Positions 57,330-64,000 of a DNA stretch of 64,000 nt are shown here, one piece after another. The notes beneath the pieces are model-generated. The model had not been told where the DNA came from and searched no databases. It saw nothing but the letters and a program-made list of their open reading frames with translations. The stretch comes from Phyllobates terribilis (Eukaryota). Where the stretch lies: assembly GCF_046119375.1 (NCBI RefSeq), contig NW_027362763.1, positions 271,746,001 through 271,810,000 on the forward strand. Direction: 5' to 3'. The number at the start of each line of letters is the position of its first letter. The stretch's first letter is position 1. A program made the translations under genes and the position numbers.

Positions 57330-58030
57330 TTGAGTGTGTCTGTGAGTGTTCAGACATAAATATATCTGTTTAAAGAGTCTGGTTTTGGCCAGATAACTAG
57401 AACTGTGGTTTTGCAGTTACACGGTTCAAATCTCTGTATTATCCAATTTTTTGCCTTTCTTCCATAAAAAAAACAGTTTGAGTGTCTCGCTGGCTGTTCA
57501 GACACAAATATATCTGTTTAAAAGATTCTGGTGTAGGCCAGAGAACTAGAACTGTGGTTTTCATCTTTCACAGTTCAAATCTGGGTGTAATCCACCTTTT
57601 TGCCTTTTTTACATTAAAAAAAAAACGGTTTGAGTGTCTCGCTGACTGTTCAGACACAAATATATCTGTTTAAACGATTCTGGTGTAGGCCAGAGAACTA
57701 GAACTGTGGTTTTCCTCTTCCATGGCTCAAATCTGGGTGTAATCCACCTTTTTGCCTTTTTTAAATAAAAAAAAACAGTTTTAGTGTCTCGCTGACTGTT
57801 CAGACACAAATATATCTGTTTAAAAGATTCTGGTGTAGGCCAGAGAAATAGAACTGTGGTTTTCCTCTTCCACAGTTCAAATCTGGGTGTAATCCACCTT
57901 TTTGCCTTTTTTACATAAAAAAAAACAGTTTCAGTGTCTCGCTGACTGTTCAGACACAAATATATCTGTTTAAAAGATTCTGGTTTAGGCCAGAGAACTA
58001 GAACTGTGGTTTTCCTCTTCCACGGTTCTA
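57330..58030. repeat. About 150-bp tandem repeat, 5 copies, upstream of the hAT-B transposase
   Basis: CAGACA(C/T)AAATATATCTGTTTAAA at 57351, 57499, 57651, 57801 and 57951. Confidence 0.92.
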
Positions 58031-58094
58031 ATCTCCTTTTTATTACCCTTTTGCCATTGATAGTGCGAGTGTAAGCTATTTTACTTCATTTACA

Positions 58095-61000
58095 ATGGAC
58101 AAGGCGCATGGCAAGGGACGTGGAACTAGACGTTCTGGTGATGATGCATGCAGAGGACGGGGCCATGGCCAAGGTGAATATGTGCCACAACCAACAGCCA
58201 CATCTTCTCGCTCCCAGTTCTTGACCGAATTACTAGGGAAGCACACAACAACACCACTATTGCGAACTGATCAGTGTGAACAGGTTATTAATTGAATAGC
58301 AGATAATACTTCCAGTCATCTGGGCACCACAACCTCCGATCTGTCTTCCAGACGGTCAAGTGTTAGTAGCCGTGAGTCTCGACCACATACTCCTCCTCAC
58401 CCTGATGCTCCTACCTCCCACCATGCCGAGTGTCGTCAGACAGCAACTGATCCCACAGTTGGACACTCTGAAGAGCTGTTCACTGGTCCATTTCCATATT
58501 TGTGCCCCTCGCCTGCTCCGCTTGAAGTGGTGGAAGAGGAGATCCCATGTAGCGATGGCCAAAAATTTGAACAGCCAAGGCCACAGGAAGTCAACGCTGT
58601 CAATTTGTCACAAGAGGTGGACGATGACGAGACACAATTGCCACGAAGTAAGGAGGAGGACCGTGGTGCGGAAGTGGAAGAGGAGGAGGTGGTGGATGAT
58701 CTAGTAACTGACCCTACGTGGCAGGAGGACACACAGAGTGAGGCCAGCAGCACACAGGGGGAGGGAGGCAGAGTACCCCAACAGGCAGTAAGAAGCAGTG
58801 TGGTGGCCGCAGACAGAAGGTGGGCAACCGTTCTCCATAACACCAACAAGAGGGACATTGCCAGAACAATCGGTAGGTCTTTCAGAGTCTGGAATTTTTT
58901 TAAAGACTCTGCTGATAACCCCAAAAAGGCCATTGGTACCACCTGCCAGGCCAGCATCAGCAGGGGTGACAAAACTACCAGCCTGACCACCACCAGCATG
59001 ATCAGGCACATGTCAGCAAAGCACCTGACTTTGTGAGGCGAACCCCAGGGTCCACGACCAGTGTCAGCGGGTGTCACCACTACTTCTTCCACTGTTGTGC
59101 GTGTAAGAGAACCCCCTGTTGTGTGTGCAAGGCATTCCCCTGTCCATACTGCATGCAAAGATGCCCCCTCCTCTCAGTCTTCACTTGTTATGGCAGTTTC
59201 TCAAGAAACAGCGTCAACGTTCACGTCCACGTCTCACTGCAGCGTTCAGTTGTCCATATCCCAGAGATTTGAATGAAAGCACAAATTCGCAGCCAACGCC
59301 CCACGGGCCACAGTCCTAAATTCGCACATTTCATGACTGCTTGCGTTGGAAATGCTGCCTTTTAGGCAGGTGGAGACGGAATCCTTCCGCAACATTACAG
59401 CGGTGGCCGTCCCTCGGTACTCAGTCCCCAGCCGACACTATTTTGCCCGGTGTGCCATCCCCGCACTACACAAGCACGTGTCCCAAAACATCTGCCGTGT
59501 CCTCAACAACGCAGTTACTGGGAGAGTCCACCTGACAATGAACATGTGGACAAGTGCTTGTGGCCAGAGATGGTACATCTCCCTGACGGCACACTGGGTA
59601 AACATATGGAAGCCGAGACCCTGTCGGACCTTGGGACCGAACACATCCTCCCCACACCGAGGATTTCGGGCCCTATGTCAGTCAGAGTTGCCCCCACAGT
59701 GTAGAGTTCCTGCGCATCACCCTCCTCCTCCTCCTCCTCATGTTCAGCCTCCATCTCAGATATCACTACATCAGTTGCAAGCAGGAAGCACCACAGTACT
59801 GCCTCAGCCAAGCGGCAACAGGCTATGCTGAAACTCATAAGCTTAGGTGATAAACCTCACACTGCTTGTGAGTTGTAGACAGCTGTGAAAGAGCAGGCAG
59901 ATCTGTGGCTGAGACCGCTGAACCTACATCCAGGCATGGTCGTGTGTGACATTGGCCGTAACATGGTGGCGGCTCTGAGGCGAGATCACACATGTACCAT
60001 GTCTGGTTCATGTGCTTAACCTCGTGGTTCAGCAGTTTCTTAAATCGTACCCCGAGTTGCCAGATCTGCTCGTCAAAGTACGCTGCCTGTGAGCTCATTT
60101 TCAGAAGTCGGCTACAGCTTCCGCCACCCTTGCTGTGTTGCAGCAGCGTTTGCAGCTTCCGGCACACCGACTGGTGTGTGATGTCCCCACACATTGGAAC
60201 TCTACCCTCCACATGTTGCAAAGGATTTGTGAGCAGAAGAAAGCAGTTATGGAGGACCAGCATCAACAAGGCTGTGGGTATTCAGTTCAGATTCCACACA
60301 TAAGATGTCTGGAGTGGACCTGGATAAGTACCATCCTGACAAATTTTGAGGACTCCACCAAGATGGTGAGTGGCGACGATGCCATCATTAGCATCAGCAT
60401 CCCACTTGTCTGTCTTTTGCAACGCTCTCTGCAGAGAATTAAAGTGGAGGCATTGCAGCCAGAGTATGATGAGTTGGATCAAGAAGCCGTTGCGGGCGAT
60501 TACATAAAGCCCAGCCTCATCTCATCCCAACGTGCATTAGGGGACAATGGGGGAGAGGAGGAGGAAGAAGAAAAGGAGCTGGTATCATGCGCTGTAGATG
60601 GTAGTACCTGTACAACTGTCATACCGTCGGTTTAGCGTGGGTGGCCTTAGGACAGGGGGAGGAGGAGGAGAGCATGGTCAGTCGTCATCTTATGGTACGC
60701 TGCCTTAACCATGACCCTCGCGTTGTCAAAATGTTGGGTGACAGTCATTACTGGTTGGTAACACTTTTAGATCCTCGCTACAAGGAGAACTTTCATTCTC
60801 TTATTCCTGAGGTGGAGAGGTCTGCAAAAATGGGGCAGTACCAGAAGGCCCTTGCTGCAGAACTGTTAAAAAAATTCCCTTCTGTACACGCTAGCGGCAG
60901 AGGGCACAGTTCATTGCCTAACCAAGGTGTACAGGCAAGAGAGACGCAACTCCAATCCAGCAGAGGCAGGGGAACACTGTCAACGTTCTGGGACAGTTTT

Positions 61001-61350
61001 CTGAGAACCGCCCAGCTTACAGGCCCTGAGGCGCGGGGTGCTCTCACAAGGAGTGAAAAGTTTCAAAAGATGGTGAGGGAGTACCTTGCTGACCGTACCA
61101 GCATCCTCCGTGATTCCTCTGTGCCTTTTAATTATTGGGCATCCAAGCTGGACACTTGGAATGAAGTCTCTCTGTACGCCTTGGAGGTCCTGGCCTGCCC
61201 TGCCGCTAGCGTGTTATCGGAGCGTGTTTTTAGTGCCGCTGGGGGAATTATAACTGATAAGCGCACTCGCCTGTCAACTGACAATGCTGACAAGGTGACC
61301 CTTATCAAATTGAACAAGGGCTGGATTGGCCAGATTTCTCATCACCACCA
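58095..61350 (+). pseudogene. hAT BED-finger transposase pseudogene (family B)
   Basis: MDKAHGKGRG start; VWNFFKDSADNPKKAIGTTC..MIRHMSAKH; VPRYSVPSRHYF; VHLTMNMWTS; CDVPTHWNST; LDPRYK; SVLSERVFSAAGG. Many stops and frameshifts. Confidence 0.9.
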
Positions 61351-61685
61351 AATAACAGCAGAGTAACATAAAGTCAAATCGACTGTGTTATTACGGGAGG
61401 TGTATTCCCATGCACTGCTTCACACCCACACATGGGAATACGCTTCCTCATTTTGGCTGTTTTTTGCTCTTTTCCTTATCCTCAGCCTCCACCACCACTA
61501 TACCACCAGGGTGACCGTGGTCCGTGTTGCCAGCATTGCATGTTCCTCCGTCCTAATTTTTGGCAGCTTTTTCTTGGAAGGCATAGGCAAAGACTATGGG
61601 AGACGCACTCCCCAATAATGGGAATAATGTTTTTAATATGCTGTACTGCATGTCTCTTGTAAGGGGCATTGCAAGTTCCTCCATC

Positions 61686-62089
61686 TGTTATGTTCTGCTA
61701 CCAAAGCTAAGGAAAGAGAGGAGATCTGTCCCTACTATAGGACTCAGCTGAATCCCTACGATGTAACAGGGAACCTGCTAAAGTCCTAATCTAGTCTGTA
61801 CGGAGACCTATAGATGTGGGGAGGGAATCCCTACAAGTACTAAGGACTGGGAGGAATATGGGACACCTCCTAACAGAAATAGTAGCAGACAGAGGAACAA
61901 ACAAAATAGATAGAACATAGAGGTCCGTAGACCAAGCAAACTAACAGAGATAGATACAGAGCACAGGCTAGCTAGAAAGTAGATATACAATGAAGTCCAG
62001 CAAAGCCAGAAGGGCGGAGCAGGATTGAATAGGCCAACAAGGTCATGTGACCAGCAAAGGAAAAAAAAAATAACAGCAAGGTTCTAACA
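61686..62089 (-). repeat. 3' LTR (404 bp)
   Basis: TGTTATGTTCTGC...GGTTCTAACA; shares GCTGAATCCCTACGATGTA and GAAGTCCAGC..AGCCAGAAGGGCGGAGC with LTR 14547-14984. Predicted TSD CCATC at 61681-61685. Confidence 0.9.
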
Positions 62090-62101
62090 GTACCCCCCCT
62101 T

Positions 62102-64000
62102 CTAAGAGGATCCTCCGGATCCCCTAGGACCAGGCTTATCAGGAAATCTCCTGTGAAACGCTCTGATAAGTCTGAACGCGGAAACATCATCTGACCTCAC
62201 CCAAGAGTTATCCTCGGGTCCGAAACCTTTCCAGGCCACAAGATACTGCAAACTACCTCCATACCGTCTAGAGTCAAGGATGCGAGAAATTTCATATTCC
62301 CCGTCCTCCACCACCGGAGGAACAGAGGCAGAGGCGTCACCATCCGACACAACAGCTTTTTTTAACAGAGAGACATGAAAGACCGGATTAATTCTCCAGG
62401 AGGTAGGAACCTCCAACCTAACAGCAGATTGGTTGACAACCTGAAGCACCTTAAAGGGCCCTACAAACTTGGGACCCAATTTCTTAGAAGGAATCCTCAA
62501 CCGCAGATTCCTAGAGGACAACCAAACCATGTCACCAACAGCGAACAAAACCTCCTGTCGTTTCCTATCAAAGTAGTCTTTAGATTTTCTGTTGGCCTCC
62601 TGAAGATTACCACGCACATCCGTCCAAACTCTTTCCAAATCACCGGAAAAATTCTCCTCCTCAGGCACGGCAGATCCCAACTTAGAGAACGACCCAAACG
62701 ACGGATGTCTCCCAGAACAACAAAAAAAAGGCGAACAACCAGCAGAAGAAGATGTATGATTGTTCAGAGCAAATTCGGCAAGTGGCAGAAACTCAGACCA
62801 CCCCTCTTGATTGTCTGCCACAAAACAACGCAAGAACTGCTCAACATCCTGGTTTTTCCTTTCTGTCTGGCCATTAGATTCAGGATGATATCCGGACGAA
62901 AACGACAAATGAATTCCCAACCTGTCACAAAAGGCACGCCAAAAACGAGCCACGAACTGAGGACCCCTATCAGAAACAATGTCAGTAGGAACGCCATGAA
63001 GTCTGACAATTTCCTTGACAAAGGCCTTAGCGAGAGTTTTAGCGCAGGGCAGTTTGACGAAGGGAACCAAGTGACACATCTTGCTAAAACGGTCCACGAC
63101 CACCCAGATGACAGTAAAACCCACAGAGGGGGGAAGGTCAGTTATAAAGTCCATAGCCAAATGTGTCCAAGGAGCACTGGGGACCTCCAAAGGACAAAGT
63201 AACCCCGCAGCAGGAGTATGTGAGGACTTAGATCTAGCACATATAGTACATTGGCACACCCACTTAATGACTTCCTTCTGCCATCCAGGCCACCAAAAAC
63301 TGCGACCCACCAGTCTCTTGGTCTCAGAGATTCCGGGATGACCTGCCAACCGAGATTCGTGACACTCAACAAACAAATCTCTCCTAAAGGTCCCAGGCAC
63401 AAACAACCTCCCATGAGGAGTGTTAGATGGGGCATTCTCCTGAGCTTTAAGAATCTCATCTTCCAAAACGGAGTCTAAAGCAGCTATCACAACACCTTCT
63501 TGTAAAATGTTTTCCTCTTTCTCAGCACCGACTATGGGAGAAAAACTGCGAGACAAGGCATCCGCCTTAACATTCTTAGTACCAGGGATGTAAGTAACGG
63601 AGAAATTAAACCGCGAGAAAAACAGTGCCCACCTAGCCTGACGGGCATTCAGGCGCTTGGCAGCATCAAGATATATCAGATTTTTATGATCCGTAAGAAC
63701 CTGAACGGGAAATTCCGCACCTTCCAAGAAGTGGCGCCAGTGTTCAAATGCGAGTTTAATAGCCAATAATTCCCGATTACCAATATCGTAATTCAATTCA
63801 GTCTCCGAAAATTTTTTTGAAAAAAAGGCACAGGGATGTAATCCATCCCCGTTATCCTGAGACAATACTGCGCCAACCCCCACAGAGGAAGCATCAACCT
63901 CAACCAAAAACGGCCTAGTAACATCAGGCTGCATAAGGATAGGAGCAGAGGTGAACCTCTCCTTGAGATACACAAAAGCTTCAATGGCCTCAGAAGACCA
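62102..64000 (-). CDS. pol: Gypsy pol C-terminal part: RNaseH, integrase (HHCC, DDE, GPY/F) and chromodomain; open to the window edge
   Basis: [110 protein letters not shown]. No stop in more than 620 codons. Confidence 0.95.
   Translation of the reverse strand, partial: WSSEAIEAFVYLKERFTSAPILMQPDVTRPFLVEVDASSVGVGAVLSQDNGDGLHPCAFFSKKFSETELNYDIGNRELLAIKLAFEHWRHFLEGAEFPVQVLTDHKNLIYLDAAKRLNARQARWALFFSRFNFSVTYIPGTKNVKADALSRSFSPIVGAEKEENILQEGVVIAALDSVLEDEILKAQENAPSNTPHGRLFVPGTFRRDLFVECHESRLAGHPGISETKRLVGRSFWWPGWQKEVIKWVCQCTICARSKSSHTPAAGLLCPLEVPSAPWTHLAMDFITDLPPSVGFTVIWVVVDRFSKMCHLVPFVKLPCAKTLAKAFVKEIVRLHGVPTDIVSDRGPQFVARFWRAFCDRLGIHLSFSSGYHPESNGQTERKNQDVEQFLRCFVADNQEGWSEFLPLAEFALNNHTSSSAGCSPFFCCSGRHPSFGSFSKLGSAVPEEENFSGDLERVWTDVRGNLQEANRKSKDYFDRKRQEVLFAVGDMVWLSSRNLRLRIPSKKLGPKFVGPFKVLQVVNQSAVRLEVPTSWRINPVFHVSLLKKAVVSDGDASASVPPVVEDGEYEISRILDSRRYGGSLQYLVAWKGFGPEDNSWVRSDDVSAFRLIRAFHRRFPDKPGPRGSGGSS

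Larger units (their letters stand above)
56692..61685 (+). mobile_element. hAT family B element, left end present, 3' part interrupted by the Gypsy element
   Basis: TIR TAATGTTGAGCGAGC at 56692. The subterminus matches 29845-30052 inverted. Degenerate transposase follows. Confidence 0.88.
61686..64000 (-). mobile_element. Chromoviral Ty3/Gypsy element, 3' part (runs off the window)
   Basis: 3' LTR 61686-62089 (TG...CA), PPT AAGGGGGGGTAC at about 62090-62101, and an uninterrupted pol frame. Same family as 8772-14984 but diverged. Confidence 0.95.

Noticed and set aside
62375-63202. 275-aa antisense ORF opposite Gypsy pol, and the alternative-frame 275-297-aa ORFs at 9837-10730 and 11617-12444
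   Set aside because: These are shadow frames of a long coding sequence. The corresponding antisense frame is broken in the related copies, and no motif is recognisable.
1-64000. tRNA, rRNA, snRNA or prokaryotic operon/defence systems
   Set aside because: No cloverleaf, rRNA-like or operonic gene structure was seen. All long coding segments are of transposon or retroviral origin.

Overview
This is eukaryotic, repeat-saturated genomic DNA. The transposon families and a frog-type TRIM fragment point to an anuran amphibian (inference, not verified). I found no intact host gene, RNA gene or CRISPR array. The window is a stack of nested mobile elements. hAT DNA transposons: an 11.3-kb copy at 30855-42163 bounded by a perfect 8-bp TSD, a 6-kb non-autonomous relative filled with a 5.5-kb nested palindrome at 1-5992, two copies of a second family, and short MITE/terminal fragments. 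Chromoviral Gypsy LTR elements: a dead copy at 8772-14984 with a 1780-bp internal pol triplication, and an apparently intact RNaseH-integrase-chromodomain ORF at 62102-64000. Also present are solo LTRs, four Tc1/mariner copies or fragments, CR1, L2 and L1 LINE fragments, a piggyBac-like non-autonomous element carrying telomere-like repeats, and several tandem arrays. The most interesting items are (i) a class III (ERV-L-like) endogenous retrovirus remnant at 15535-18019, with a catalytically degenerate dUTPase-like domain inside the integrase C-terminus and an open, internally deleted 177-aa env, (ii) a Tf1/sushi-type self-priming signature in the Gypsy LTRs, and (iii) the nested foldback hAT. 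Most small ORFs in the track are spurious antisense or repeat-derived frames. All calls were made by eye, without database searches.
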